Positions 20,587 through 31,296 are shown, counted from the first letter of the stretch. The stretch is 64,000 nucleotides of DNA from an uncultured Planctomycetota bacterium (GCA_963752285.1 CAVVXN010000005.1:1312001-1376000), one strand, 5' to 3'. Notes: generated by a model not told the origin, from the letters alone. Made by a program: numbers and translations.

Positions 20587-21486
20587 ATGCGACGTCACCG
20601 CATCGACGATCTCGCGCGCGCGTGGCAGGACCACCTGGCCGTGGAGCGCGGGCTGTCCCCCCACACGCTCGCGGCCTACCGGCGGGACCTCGCCTCCGTC
20701 CTCGAGGGCGCGGGCCTGTCGGACCGTGTTCCCCCGGCGCGCCTCGACCGCGACGCGGTGCTCCGTTGGCTCTCCCGCGCGCGCCGGGCCCGCGCCGCGC
20801 CCGCGACGACCGCGCGACGCCTCGCGGCGCTCCGTTCGTTCGTGGCGTTCCTCAACAGCGAGGGGGCCCTCGAGCGGGACCCCACCGAGGGCGTGCTCCG
20901 TTCGCGCGCCCCCGCGCCCCTCCCCCGCGTGCTGTCCCCCGACGCGGTGCGCACGCTCCTCGCCTCGATCGACGGCGGTCGCGCGATCGACCTCCGGGAC
21001 CGCGCCTTGCTCGAGGCTCTCTACGCGACCGGCGCGCGCGTGGAAGAGGCGTGCGGATGGCGAGACGACGACCTCCGGCTGGACCGCGGCGTCGTACGCT
21101 GCTTCGGCAAGGGAAGAAAGGAGAGGTGGGTGCCGCTCGGCGCCCCCGCCGCGCGCGCGGTCCAGCGGTGGCTGGCCCAGGGCCGACCGGCGTTCGACCG
21201 CGGCGCGTCGGCCCACGTGTTCCTGTCGCGAGGCGGACGGCCTCTCGACCGCCATCGCGTCTTTCGGATGCTCGGCGCGCGCGCCGCGCGGGCGGGGCTC
21301 GCGAGCCGCCCTTCGCCCCACGTCCTCCGCCACTCGTTCGCGACGCACCTCCTCGCCGGCGGCGCCGACCTCCGCGCGGTGCAGGAGCTCCTCGGCCACG
21401 CGAGCGTGAAGACGACGCAGGTCTACACGCACGTCGAGTCGGACCGGCTGAAGGCGGTCCACCACAAGCACCACCCCCGCGGCTGA
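20587..21486 (+). CDS. xerD: Tyrosine recombinase XerD-like
   Basis: ERGLSPHTLAAYRRDL, LYATGARVEE, GKGRKERWVP, SPHVLRHSFATHLL, LGHASVKTTQVYTH. Confidence 0.88.
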   Translation: MRRHRIDDLARAWQDHLAVERGLSPHTLAAYRRDLASVLEGAGLSDRVPPARLDRDAVLRWLSRARRARAAPATTARRLAALRSFVAFLNSEGALERDPTEGVLRSRAPAPLPRVLSPDAVRTLLASIDGGRAIDLRDRALLEALYATGARVEEACGWRDDDLRLDRGVVRCFGKGRKERWVPLGAPAARAVQRWLAQGRPAFDRGASAHVFLSRGGRPLDRHRVFRMLGARAARAGLASRPSPHVLRHSFATHLLAGGADLRAVQELLGHASVKTTQVYTHVESDRLKAVHHKHHPRG

Positions 21487-21528
21487 TCCGGCCGGAGGCG
21501 CCCCGGCCGGGGCGTACGATCGACCGGG

Positions 21529-23367
21529 ATGAGCGCCGCCTCCGCCCGACTCGAGACGCTTCGGGCTCGCGCCCGGCGGCTCCCGACCGGTCCGGGCGTG
21601 TACGTGTTCGAGGACGAGGCGGGCCGCGTGCTCTACGTCGGCAAGGCGTCCAACCTCCGGACGCGGGTCGCCACCTACCTCCGCGGCGGCGACGAGCGCC
21701 CCCTCGTCCGGCTGCTCCTCCGCCGGGCCGCCGACGTGCGGGTCGTCAGCACGGGCACGGCGGAAGAGGCGCTGCTCTACGAGAACACCCTCATCAAGAA
21801 GGAGAAGCCGCCCTACAACCTCAGGCTGAAGGACGACAAGTCGTACCTGCTCGTCCGCGTGGACCGGAGCCACGCGTTCCCCCGACTCTCCCTCGTGCGC
21901 CGTGTCAAGAAGGACGGCGCGCTCTACCTCGGCCCCTTCGCGAGCGCAAAGGGGATCCGCCGCACGCTCCGCTTCCTCCGCACGATGTACCCGCTCCGCT
22001 CGTGCTCGGACCGAGAGCTCCAGCAGCGGACCCGTCCTTGCCTGTACCACCAGATCGGCCGCTGCGCGGCGCCGTGCGTCGGCCGGATCGACGAAGCGTC
22101 GTACGCCCGGCTCGTGGAGGAGGCCGTCGCGGTGCTGCGCGGGCGCGGGCGGGCGATCGCGAAGCGGCTCCAGGAGGACATGGCCGCGGCCTCGGCGGAC
22201 CTCCTCTTCGAGCGCGCCGCGGTCCTCCGCGACCGGCTCGCCGCGCTCGATGCGTCGCTCGAGCGACAGGACACGGTCCACGTGGACGGGCAGGACCGCG
22301 ACGTCGTGGCCCTCGCCGCGGCGGGCGGCGTCACGATGGTCGCCGTCTTCTACGTGCGGGACGGGCACGTCACGGCGACGCGCGCGCTCCCCCACCGGAC
22401 GACCCTTCCGCGTCGCGAGGTCCTGACCACGTTCCTCTCGCTCTTCTACGCGAACGGCAAGATCGTCCCGCCCGAGATCCTCGTCGGCGAGGAGCCGGTG
22501 GACCCGGAGGGCCTCGCGGAGGCGCTCTCGGCGGTGCGCGGCGCGCCGGTCGTCGTCCGGACGCCGCAGCGGGGCGCGGCCCGCGCGCTGCTCGACCTCA
22601 CCCGGCGCCACGCCGAGGAGGCGCTCGCCGAGCACTCGGCGCGCGCGAAGGAGGCGCACGCGGCGCTGGAGCGGCTGGCCGAGGTGCTCGACCTCGCGGG
22701 GCCCCCGGAGCGGATCGAGGGCTACGACCTCTCCCACTGGATGGGCGCGGAGCCGGTGGCCGCGATGTCGGTCCTGGTCGGGGGCGTCGCGGATCCGTCG
22801 CGATACCGTCACTTCGCCGTCCAGGGGGCCGCGGGCGGCGACGACTACGCGGGCATGCGGGAGGTCCTCGTACGGCGCTTCGCGCGGGGCGAGGCGCTCG
22901 GCGCGTGGCCCGACCTCGTGATGGTGGACGGCGGCCGCGGGCAGGTCGAGGCCGCACGTCGCGCGCTCTCGGACGTGGGCGCGCCGCCCGTCCCGGTGGT
23001 CGGGCTCGCGAAGGCGCGGCCCGAGAGGGGGATCCCCGACGAGCGGATCGTCCGGCCGGACCGCGCGGCGCCGGTGATCCTCCCGCCGACCGACCCCGCG
23101 CTCCGCCTGCTCGTGAAGGTCCGCGACGAAGCGCACCGCTTCGCTGGCCGCTACCAGAAGAAGCGCCGCCAGATGGCGATGGCGGAGGGCACGCTCGACC
23201 ACCTCAAAGGGATCGGGCCCGCGCGCCGCCGCATGCTGCTCCAGCGGTTCGGCTCGATCGCGGGGCTCCGCGCGGCGTCGTTCGAGGACCTGGCCGCCCT
23301 GCCCGGCATCGGCGCCCACCGCGCCCGCCGGATCCGGGACCGTCTGGCGGAGGCGGGCCCGGCCTGA
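21529..23367 (+). CDS. uvrC: Excinuclease ABC subunit C
   Basis: GIY-YIG PGVY..LYVGKASNLR, CLYHQIGRCAAPC, UVR coil, IEGYDLSH, DGGRGQ, RDEAHRFA, C-terminal HhH. Confidence 0.96.
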   Translation: MSAASARLETLRARARRLPTGPGVYVFEDEAGRVLYVGKASNLRTRVATYLRGGDERPLVRLLLRRAADVRVVSTGTAEEALLYENTLIKKEKPPYNLRLKDDKSYLLVRVDRSHAFPRLSLVRRVKKDGALYLGPFASAKGIRRTLRFLRTMYPLRSCSDRELQQRTRPCLYHQIGRCAAPCVGRIDEASYARLVEEAVAVLRGRGRAIAKRLQEDMAAASADLLFERAAVLRDRLAALDASLERQDTVHVDGQDRDVVALAAAGGVTMVAVFYVRDGHVTATRALPHRTTLPRREVLTTFLSLFYANGKIVPPEILVGEEPVDPEGLAEALSAVRGAPVVVRTPQRGAARALLDLTRRHAEEALAEHSARAKEAHAALERLAEVLDLAGPPERIEGYDLSHWMGAEPVAAMSVLVGGVADPSRYRHFAVQGAAGGDDYAGMREVLVRRFARGEALGAWPDLVMVDGGRGQVEAARRALSDVGAPPVPVVGLAKARPERGIPDERIVRPDRAAPVILPPTDPALRLLVKVRDEAHRFAGRYQKKRRQMAMAEGTLDHLKGIGPARRRMLLQRFGSIAGLRAASFEDLAALPGIGAHRARRIRDRLAEAGPA

Positions 23368-23430
23368 CGCGTGCCTCCCTTCCGGGCCCCGGAGCCGGGT
23401 ACGCTCGCCGCACCGGACGGGAGGGACCTC

Positions 23431-24396
23431 GTGACGCGTACGGACCCCGAGGCGACCGCGTGGCCCGCGCTCGACTACGCCGCCTCCGCCGACACCCTCG
23501 CCACGCTCCATCTCGTCACGCAGATCGCCGGGAAGGTGCGCCTCGTCCTCTCGCCGTGGACGAACCACGCCTGGCACGTCCCCCTCTACGTCACCGCGCG
23601 CGGGCTCACCACCTCGCCGATCGCGCACGGGACGCGCGTCTTCGAGATCGACCTGGACCTCCTCGACCACCGTCTCGAGATCCGCACGAACGACGGAGGC
23701 ACGCAGGGCTTTGGGCTCGGGCCCCGGCCCGTGGCGGAGACGTACGCGGAGACGATGGAGGCGCTGAGGCGGCTCGGCCTGCCGGTCGCGATCCACACGC
23801 GGCCGTGCGAGATCCCCGACGCGATCCCGTTCGAGGAGGACCGCACGCACGCGGCGTACGACGCCGCCGCGGTCCGGCGCTTCCACGGCGCGCTCGTCCA
23901 GGCCGACCGGGTGCTCAAGCGCTTCCGCGCCGGCTTCACGGGCAAGGCCAGCCCCGTCCACTTCTTCTGGGGGAGCTTCGACCTCGCGGTCACGCGGTTC
24001 TCGGGGCGGCCGGCGCCCACGCACCCGGGCGGCGTCCCGAACCTGCCCGACTGGGTGGCGCGGGAGGCGTACTCCCACGAGGTGAGCAGCGCGGGCTTCT
24101 GGCCCGGGAACGCCGCGCACCCCGAGGCGGCCTTCTACGCGTACGCGTACCCCGAGCCCGACGGCTTTGCCGACACGGGGGTCGCGCCCCCGGGCGCCGG
24201 ATACGACGCGACGCTCGGCGAGTTCCTCCTCCCCTACGAGGAGGTGCGGAGGGCCCCCGACCCGGACGCCGCCCTCCTCGCGTTCCTCGAGAGCACGTAC
24301 GACGCCGCCTCACGCCTCGGCGCGTGGGACCGCGAGGCCTTCCGGCTCGGCGACCCCCGGGTCCGCTTCGCCGGGTCCGGCCCCGCCCCGGGATGA
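23431..24396 (+). CDS. DUF5996 (Ava_C0101-like) family protein
   Basis: TLHLVTQIAGKVRL, NHAWHVPLYVTARGLTT, SPVHFFWGSFDLAVTRFSGR, REAYSHEVSSAGFWPG. Confidence 0.85.
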   Translation: MTRTDPEATAWPALDYAASADTLATLHLVTQIAGKVRLVLSPWTNHAWHVPLYVTARGLTTSPIAHGTRVFEIDLDLLDHRLEIRTNDGGTQGFGLGPRPVAETYAETMEALRRLGLPVAIHTRPCEIPDAIPFEEDRTHAAYDAAAVRRFHGALVQADRVLKRFRAGFTGKASPVHFFWGSFDLAVTRFSGRPAPTHPGGVPNLPDWVAREAYSHEVSSAGFWPGNAAHPEAAFYAYAYPEPDGFADTGVAPPGAGYDATLGEFLLPYEEVRRAPDPDAALLAFLESTYDAASRLGAWDREAFRLGDPRVRFAGSGPAPG

Positions 24397-24442
24397 CGGG
24401 CGCGCGGGGCACGGGACCCTCGTGCGGCCCGAGAATCCGCCC

Positions 24443-24670
24443 GTGGGCATCGGCGACCTGTCCTCCGGAGCGCTGTTCACCGCGCTCGTCGTGAGCTGCG
24501 TCGGGATGGGGATCTTCCTCTACGGGAAGCGCGAGCGCCGCTGGCCCCAGCTCGCCGCGGGCGTGGTCCTCATGGTGTTCCCGTACGCGGTCCCGAACGC
24601 CCTCCCGATGATCGGCATCGCGGTGGGCGTGATCGTCGTCCTCTGGTTCCTCGTCCGCGCGGGCTACTGA
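24443..24670 (+). CDS. Small integral membrane protein
   Basis: Three hydrophobic segments; GMGIFLYGKR..LMVFPY pattern. Confidence 0.7.
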   Translation: MGIGDLSSGALFTALVVSCVGMGIFLYGKRERRWPQLAAGVVLMVFPYAVPNALPMIGIAVGVIVVLWFLVRAGY

Positions 24671-24678
24671 GGCGCGGG

Positions 24679-27600
24679 CTACCGAGGCGCGGGCGCGTCC
24701 GCGCCGGCCGGCGCCGGCCTCCGGGTGAGCGCGTGGTACGCGACCGGGATCACGACCAGGGTGAAGAGCGTCGAGGCCACGATCCCGAAGATCAGCGCCC
24801 ACGCGAGGCCGCTGAAGATGGGGTCCAGGGTGATCGGCCACGCGCCGAGCATCGCCGCGACCGCGGTCAGGAGGATCGGCCGGAGGCGCTGACGGCCGCT
24901 CTCGAGCACGGCCTCGCGGATCGGCATCCCGTCGCGCGCCCGCGCGTGGATGAAGTCGATCAGGATGATGCCGTTCCGGATCACGATGCCGGCCAGGGCG
25001 ATCATCCCGATCATGCCCGTCGCCGTGAACCAGACGGGGCTCTGGTATCCCCCGACCACGTGACCCGCCACGTGGTTGAGCAGCCAGAAGCCCGGCATGA
25101 TCCCGATCAGCCCGAGCGGGATCGCCGCCATCACCACCAGGGGCATCACGAACGAGTGCGTCTCGAGGACGAGCAGCGCGTAGATGGCGACGACCGCCCC
25201 GAAGAACGCGAGGCCGAGGTCGCGGAAGACGTCCAGCGTGATCTTCCACTCGCCCTCGCCCGTCCAGCGCGCCTCGATGCCGTCGCCGAGGGGCCGGGCC
25301 GCGAGGTCGTCCTGGATCTTGAAGATCACGTCGGCGGGCGCGCGTCCCGCGACGTCGCCCAGGACGAACACCACCCGTTCCAGGTCCTTGTGGGTGATCG
25401 TGGCGTCGTCGGTCACCTCGACGAAGTGCCCGATCTCGGCGAGGGGGACGAGCACGCCGCGGCCCCCCTTCACCTGGAGTCGCGAGAGCTCCTCGGGGCC
25501 GCTCCGCTCCTTCCGGGAGAGGACGAGCCGCAGGCGGAGCGGCTGGCGCTCGCCGGGCTCGTGCACCGTGGCCGGGGCGTCGCCCGAGAGCGCGAGCCGA
25601 AGCGTCCGTACCACGTCCACCGTCGCCACGCCGTGGAGCGCGGCCTTCTCCTTGTCCAAGACGAAGTCGTAGCGAGATCGCTCCGCCTCCGCCACGACGT
25701 CGGTGTCCACGACCCCCGACATCGCCCGGAGGCGGGCCTCGACGTCGCGCCCGGCCGCGACGAGGTCGCCGTAGGCGCGGCCGACGGGACCGTGCACCTC
25801 CGCGACGAGCGTGGAGAGCACGGGCGGGCCCGGCGGCGTCTCGACGATCTTCAGCCGCGCGCCCGCGCGGTCCGTGATCGCCTCGAGGTCGTGGCGGATC
25901 CTCAGCGTGAGGTCGTGCGTCTGCTGCGTCCGCCGGCCCTTGGCGACGAGGTTTACCCGCACGTCCGCGAGGTTCGGCGCCCTGCGCAGGCCGTAGTGGC
26001 GAACGAGGCCGTTGAAGTCGATCGGGCTCGAGGTGCCGACGTACGACTCGAGGTCGGTCACCTCGGGCACCGTGGCGAGGTACGCCTCCACCTCGCGGAC
26101 CAGGCCGTCGGTGTGCTCGAGCGTCGCCCCCTCGGGCAGGTCGAGCACGACCTGGAACTCGCTCTTGTTGTCGTACGGCAGCATCTTCAGGGGCACGTGC
26201 CCCGCGAGGACGATCTGGGCCGCGAGGCCGAGGAGCGCGAGGATGCCGACGAGCATCCCCCAACGCGCGGCGCGGTGGTCTATGAAGAACGCGACGCTCC
26301 CGCGGTACACACGCTCGAGGACGTTGGGCCGCCCGGCCGTGCGGTGCCCGCCCGCCTTGCCGTAGAGCGGCTTCAGGAGGTAGTAGGCCATCCACGGCGT
26401 GACCGTGAACGCCACGAGGAGGCTCATCAGCATCGCGATGGGCACGTTCAGCGCCATCGGACGCATGTACGGGCCCATCATGCCGGTGATGAAGAGCATG
26501 GGGAGGAACGAGAGCATGACCGCGACCGTGGCGAAGATCACGGGGGGCCGGACCTCGTTCACCGCCAGCAGGACGGCCTTCAGCGGCGGAACCTTCTTCT
26601 GCCCGAAGTGGCGGTGGATGTTCTCGACGTCCACGATCGGGTCGTCGCAGACGAGACCGAGCACGAGCACCAGGGCGAAGAGGGTCACGCGATTGATCGT
26701 GTAGCCGGCGATCAGGTTCACGAGCAACGTGAGCGCGAACGTGATCGGCACGGCCGCGGCGACGATGAGCCCCTCCCGCCAGCCGAGTGAGTACGCAACG
26801 AGACCGATCACGGTGAGGATGGCGAGCGTCAGGTGCCCGAGCAGCTCGTTCACCTTCTCGTTGGCGGTCTCGCCGTAGTCGCGCGTGACGAGCATCTCCA
26901 CGTCGTCGGGGAGGATCTCGGTGGCCAGCGCGCGGGCGCGACGCACCACGTCCTCGGCCACCCAGACGGCGTTCGTCCCCTTCTTCTTGGAGAGTGCGAG
27001 GGTCACGGCGGGAAACGGCCGGCCCGCCTCGACGCCGCGCTCCTTCGCCTCGGCCGGTCCGAAGCGGACCCGGGTGTAGGTGCTCGCCTCGGCGGGGCCC
27101 TCCACGACGTGGGCGACGTCCGCGAGGTGCACGGGACGGTCGCCGTAGGCGCCCACGACGAGATCCTCCACCTCGTCCTTCCCCCCCACGAACGGCCCCG
27201 CGACCACCGGCATCGTCCGGTCGGCGCGGTCGAAGGCGCCCGCCGGCAGGGAGGCGTCGGCGCCCGCCAGGGCGCGGGAGACCTCGAGCGGCGACAGCCC
27301 GTGGGCCGCGATCGCCTCGGGGTCGAGCTCCACGCGGACCTCGCGCGGCCGCCCGCCCACGACGTCCGTGCGCGAGAGGTCCGGCACCGGGTCGAGCCGG
27401 GCGGCGAGCTCCTCGGCCACGCGCCGCAGCTCGCCGGAGGCCGCGGACCTCGACCAGAGGGTGAGCGTGACGATCGGGACGTCGTCGATCTCGACGGGCT
27501 TCACGATCCAGCCGGTGACGCCCGGCGGGACCACGTCCTTGTTCGCGTCGATCCGGCTCTGGATGCGGACGAGAGCCCGCTCGCGGTCCTCGCCCACGAA

Positions 27601-27915
27601 GAAGCGGACGGTCACGATCGCGTGGTCGCGCCGCGACATCGAGTACACGTGCTCGACCCCGTCGATCTGCCACAGGAGCTTCTCGAGCGGCGTCGCGACG
27701 AGCTTCTCGACCTCCTCCGCGCTCGCGCCGGGATAGTGGACGAGGACGTCCGCCATCGGCACGACGATCTGCGGCTCCTCCTCGCGGGGCGTCAGCATCA
27801 CCGCCACGAGGCCCGCGGCGACGGCCAACACCAGGAGCAGCGGCGCGATCGGTCCCTCGACGGAGGCCCGGACGAGGCGCTGGACCAGACCTTCCTCGCG
27901 GTCCTGGGCCATCAC
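24679..27915 (-). CDS. RND efflux transporter permease (AcrB/AcrD/AcrF family)
   Basis: TPREEEPQIVVP, GLVCDDPIVDVENI, GIVIRNGIILIDF, RLRPILLT; about 12 TM segments with two large loops. Confidence 0.93.
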   Translation of the reverse strand: MMAQDREEGLVQRLVRASVEGPIAPLLLVLAVAAGLVAVMLTPREEEPQIVVPMADVLVHYPGASAEEVEKLVATPLEKLLWQIDGVEHVYSMSRRDHAIVTVRFFVGEDRERALVRIQSRIDANKDVVPPGVTGWIVKPVEIDDVPIVTLTLWSRSAASGELRRVAEELAARLDPVPDLSRTDVVGGRPREVRVELDPEAIAAHGLSPLEVSRALAGADASLPAGAFDRADRTMPVVAGPFVGGKDEVEDLVVGAYGDRPVHLADVAHVVEGPAEASTYTRVRFGPAEAKERGVEAGRPFPAVTLALSKKKGTNAVWVAEDVVRRARALATEILPDDVEMLVTRDYGETANEKVNELLGHLTLAILTVIGLVAYSLGWREGLIVAAAVPITFALTLLVNLIAGYTINRVTLFALVLVLGLVCDDPIVDVENIHRHFGQKKVPPLKAVLLAVNEVRPPVIFATVAVMLSFLPMLFITGMMGPYMRPMALNVPIAMLMSLLVAFTVTPWMAYYLLKPLYGKAGGHRTAGRPNVLERVYRGSVAFFIDHRAARWGMLVGILALLGLAAQIVLAGHVPLKMLPYDNKSEFQVVLDLPEGATLEHTDGLVREVEAYLATVPEVTDLESYVGTSSPIDFNGLVRHYGLRRAPNLADVRVNLVAKGRRTQQTHDLTLRIRHDLEAITDRAGARLKIVETPPGPPVLSTLVAEVHGPVGRAYGDLVAAGRDVEARLRAMSGVVDTDVVAEAERSRYDFVLDKEKAALHGVATVDVVRTLRLALSGDAPATVHEPGERQPLRLRLVLSRKERSGPEELSRLQVKGGRGVLVPLAEIGHFVEVTDDATITHKDLERVVFVLGDVAGRAPADVIFKIQDDLAARPLGDGIEARWTGEGEWKITLDVFRDLGLAFFGAVVAIYALLVLETHSFVMPLVVMAAIPLGLIGIMPGFWLLNHVAGHVVGGYQSPVWFTATGMIGMIALAGIVIRNGIILIDFIHARARDGMPIREAVLESGRQRLRPILLTAVAAMLGAWPITLDPIFSGLAWALIFGIVASTLFTLVVIPVAYHALTRRPAPAGADAPAPR

Positions 27916-29054
27916 TCAGCCTCCGGGCGCCCGATCGTCTCGCCGCCCTCCAGGCCCGAGAGGACCTCGACGCCGCCTTCCACGGGCCGGCCGGTCGTCA
28001 CGTACCGGCGGACCCAGCGGTCTTCCACCCTCAGGATCACCGTCTCGACCTGCCCGACGCGAAGCGTCGCGTCCACCGGGATCCGCACGATCGCTCGCTC
28101 GCCGAGGGGCACGCGGAGGCGCCCGAACATGCCGGGGTGCACGCCCGGCGTGGGCGGGATGTCCACGCGCACGAGGAAGGTGCGACTCTGGGGGTCGGCC
28201 GTCGGGAAGATCTCCGAGACGGTGCCCGTGACGGTCTTCCCGGCGCTCGGGATCTCGACCGAGTAGGCCTTGCCACGCTCGATCTTCGAGATGAGGCCCT
28301 CGCGCACCTGCGCCTCCAGGCGAAGCTCCACGGGGTCGAGCACCGAGAGGAGGGTGCGGCCGGGCCACGCGAGGTCGCCGGGCTCCACCGCGCGCATCGC
28401 CACGACGCCGTCGATCGGGCAGTGGATCTGGGCGTGACCGAGCGCCAGGTCGGCCTCCGTCACGGCCTGCCGCGCGCGTTCCACCTCGGCATCGGCCGCG
28501 TGGATCGCCGCCTCCGCCTCGGCGACGCCGGCCTGGGCCTGTAGCAGGCCCGCCTCGGCGTTCTCGAGCTGCTCCGGCGTCGCGGCCCGGTCGCGCACGA
28601 GGCCCTCCACGCGGTCATAGTGCTTCCTCGCCTGCTCGAGCACCGCGTCCGCGCGGGCCCTCGCCTGCACGCGGCTCTCGCGCGCCGCCTCGGCCTGGTT
28701 CTGGACGTCCGACGCCTGCTCGCGGCGCGCCGAGAGCTCGCGGTCGTCGAGCTCGACGAGCACGGACTTCGCCGTGACGAGCGCCCCCGCCACGGCGTGG
28801 ACGGCCTTCACGCGCGCGGTCACCTGCGCGGCCACGTCCACGCGCGTCCGCGACCCGACGGTGCCGACGGCCTCCTCGAAGGTCGGGACCGTCACGCGCT
28901 CCGCGGTCGCGGTCCGCGCAGGCGCGGGCTCCCCGGCCGGGGCCGGCGCGCGACCCGGCGGAACCTGCTCGCCGTGGAACGTCCCCATCGCGTAGAGGAC
29001 GACGCCCGCGAGGAGGGCGAGGAAGAGGACCAGGCTCACGATCTTCTTCAGCAT
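27912..29054 (-). CDS. RND periplasmic adaptor (membrane fusion protein)
   Basis: N-terminal TM, alpha hairpin, IHCPIDGVV lipoyl half motif, ADPQSRTFLVR, PGMFGR. Confidence 0.92.
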   Translation of the reverse strand: MLKKIVSLVLFLALLAGVVLYAMGTFHGEQVPPGRAPAPAGEPAPARTATAERVTVPTFEEAVGTVGSRTRVDVAAQVTARVKAVHAVAGALVTAKSVLVELDDRELSARREQASDVQNQAEAARESRVQARARADAVLEQARKHYDRVEGLVRDRAATPEQLENAEAGLLQAQAGVAEAEAAIHAADAEVERARQAVTEADLALGHAQIHCPIDGVVAMRAVEPGDLAWPGRTLLSVLDPVELRLEAQVREGLISKIERGKAYSVEIPSAGKTVTGTVSEIFPTADPQSRTFLVRVDIPPTPGVHPGMFGRLRVPLGERAIVRIPVDATLRVGQVETVILRVEDRWVRRYVTTGRPVEGGVEVLSGLEGGETIGRPEAE

Positions 29055-29069
29055 GGCGAGCCTCCCGGC

Positions 29070-30569
29070 TCAGCGCCCGGCCTCGAGACCGAGCCGACCG
29101 AGGGCGCGGCGCACGTCCACGACCGCGCGGTTCCAGTCGAGGCGCGCGCCGATGCGGCGCTGCCGCGTCCGGGTCCTCTCCTGCTCGGCCTCGAGGTAGC
29201 GCGTGATCGTCGCGCTGCCCGAGCCGTACTGCTTCTCCACCAGGTCCAGGGTCTCCTCCGACGCGCCGACGGCCTTGCCGGCCACGTCCAGCCGCGCGCG
29301 CGCCTCCTCGAGGCCGAGGAGCGAGCGCTCCACGTCGAGCGCGACGTCGAGGATCGTCTTCTGGTCCTGGGCCTCGAGCCGCGCGAGCGCCGCGCGCGCC
29401 CCCGCGAGGGACGCGTCGCGACGGCCCCCGTCGTAGAGGTCCCAGGAGACGGCGAGCGACACCCACCAGTTGCTCGAGAGACGGAGCCCCGGGTCGTCGC
29501 CGAACCACCGCGCCTGCAGGTCCACGGAGGGGAGCCCCGCGCGCTTCGCGCGCTCGACCTCGATCCGCGCCTGGCGGACGCGGCTCCGCACGCCTCGGAC
29601 CTCCGGCCGCTGCCGGTACGCCTCGACGAGCGCCGCGTCGAGGCTCGCGGGGAGCCCGGTCTCGTCGAGCGAGACGGGCGCGAGCACGAGCGTCGCGTCG
29701 GCGGGCAGCGCGAGGAGGCGTCGGAGCGTCGCGAGGGCCACGCGGCGCGCGACGTCCGTCCGGATCCGATCCTCCTCGGCCTGGGCGAGGCGCACCTCGA
29801 GCGAGAGCTCGTCGCTCTTGAGGACGACGCCGCGGTCCACCTTGGCCTTCGTCTCGGCGACCTGCGCCTCGACGGTCTTGACGCTCGCCTCGTCCGCGAC
29901 GAGGAGCTCCTCGGCCGCCTTCGCCCCGAGGTACGTGGTCACCACGCTCTCCGCCAGCTCGTTCCGCACGGCTTCGCGCGCCGCGCGCTCGGCGTTCGCG
30001 CCCGCCTCCGCGGCGTACTCGCCGAGCCGCCGGCGTCCGCCGTCCCAGAGGTTGTAGCGGAGCGTCGCGCCGAGCTCGAAGTTGCCGAAGGCCCCCGGGT
30101 CGTTGAAGTCGGTGAAGCGGTCGAACGTCCGCGCGTCGATGCGCTTGAAGAGGTAGCTCGACGGCGCGTCGCCCGCGAGCACGCTGGCGTCCACCGACAC
30201 GGACGGGCGCTTCTGTGCGCGCGCCCCCTCGAGCGTCGCGAGCGCGCTCTCGACGCTCGCCTCCGCGGAGTGGACGTCGGGGTTCCTCGCCATCGCCACG
30301 CGGATCGCGTCCTCGAGCGTGAGCGGCCCGTCGGGCAGGGCCGAGGCGGCCGGAGCGCACCCTCGAAGCGGCGCGGGGGACGTGGGGACGACGAAGTCGT
30401 CTCGACGCGGCGTCCGGAGCTCCCGCGCCTCGGGGACGCGGCAGGACGACGCGGCCGCCGCCAGGAGGACGAGACAGACCACGCGAACGGGCGCGGCGAA
30501 GGACGCCCTCGGCGTCGCCCTTCCCGCTCGGGACGCGCCTTCCCCGCCTCGTTCGTCCGGAAGCGCCAT
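29070..30569 (-). CDS. TolC-family outer membrane efflux protein
   Basis: LTLEDAIRVAMARNPD, two OEP repeats (YNLWDGG, WDLYDGG), KQYGSGSAT; SD GAGGAGG. Confidence 0.9.
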   Translation of the reverse strand: MALPDERGGEGASRAGRATPRASFAAPVRVVCLVLLAAAASSCRVPEARELRTPRRDDFVVPTSPAPLRGCAPAASALPDGPLTLEDAIRVAMARNPDVHSAEASVESALATLEGARAQKRPSVSVDASVLAGDAPSSYLFKRIDARTFDRFTDFNDPGAFGNFELGATLRYNLWDGGRRRLGEYAAEAGANAERAAREAVRNELAESVVTTYLGAKAAEELLVADEASVKTVEAQVAETKAKVDRGVVLKSDELSLEVRLAQAEEDRIRTDVARRVALATLRRLLALPADATLVLAPVSLDETGLPASLDAALVEAYRQRPEVRGVRSRVRQARIEVERAKRAGLPSVDLQARWFGDDPGLRLSSNWWVSLAVSWDLYDGGRRDASLAGARAALARLEAQDQKTILDVALDVERSLLGLEEARARLDVAGKAVGASEETLDLVEKQYGSGSATITRYLEAEQERTRTRQRRIGARLDWNRAVVDVRRALGRLGLEAGR

Positions 30570-30802
30570 GACGACCTCCTCGCGGACCCGCCAGGGCCCA
30601 GCGGTCGGAACGACATCGGACATCCGGCCCGCAGAGACGGGCGCCCGGGAAGCAGAACAGGCCCGGGACGGCGCCATCCTACGGCGTCCCGGTCCAATGT
30701 CCCGGTCCGGCCGGGGTGCCGGTCGCCGAGGTCGCACGCGTCCGCCGTTCGCCGTCCGCCGTCCGCCGGCCACCCGCGGCCGGCCTCCGGCCGCCGGCCG
30801 CT

Positions 30803-31234
30803 CTAGCCGCCGTGGTGCGCGATCGGGAAGAGCGCGATGGCCTCGCACATCTCGTGCTGCGTGCGAGAGAGGTGGTGCATGAGGTCGTCCAGGCAGACGA
30901 TGCCGACGAGGCTCCCTTCGGGGCCCACGATCGGCAGCCTGCGGATCTGGGCCTCGCGCATCAACGTGGCCGCCCGGAGCGGCTCCTCGGTGTCCGAGAC
31001 GCACGTCAGCGGCGCGGACATCACGGACTCCGCGGAGAGCGAGGCGGTCGCGCGGTCGGTCGCGAGCACGCGGACGACCAGGTCCCGGTCGGTGACGATC
31101 CCCACCGGACGGCCGTCCCGCACGACGACGACGGAGCCGAGGCTCTTCTCCTTCATCATGCGCGCGATGTCGGGGACGGGCGTCGAGGGCCCGACCGTGA
31201 TCACGCTCCGGGTTCCGATCGTGGTGAGACTCAT
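30803..31234 (-). CDS. CBS-domain pair protein
   Basis: VGIVTDRDL and IRRLPIV..LVGIVCLDDL; SD GAGGAG. Confidence 0.9.
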   Translation of the reverse strand: MSLTTIGTRSVITVGPSTPVPDIARMMKEKSLGSVVVVRDGRPVGIVTDRDLVVRVLATDRATASLSAESVMSAPLTCVSDTEEPLRAATLMREAQIRRLPIVGPEGSLVGIVCLDDLMHHLSRTQHEMCEAIALFPIAHHGG

Positions 31235-31296
31235 GGGGACGACTCCTCGTGCACGGGGTCGATGGAGCACGACCGTCACGGCACGGCGACGGCCGA

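Noticed and set aside
20587..21486. Tyrosine recombinase as an integrase or island boundary
   Set aside because: Size and motifs fit chromosomal XerD/XerC; flanked by housekeeping genes; no att repeats seen
30735..30802. Short CCGCCGT-type repeats between tolC and the CBS gene
   Set aside because: Low-complexity GC sequence without clear structure
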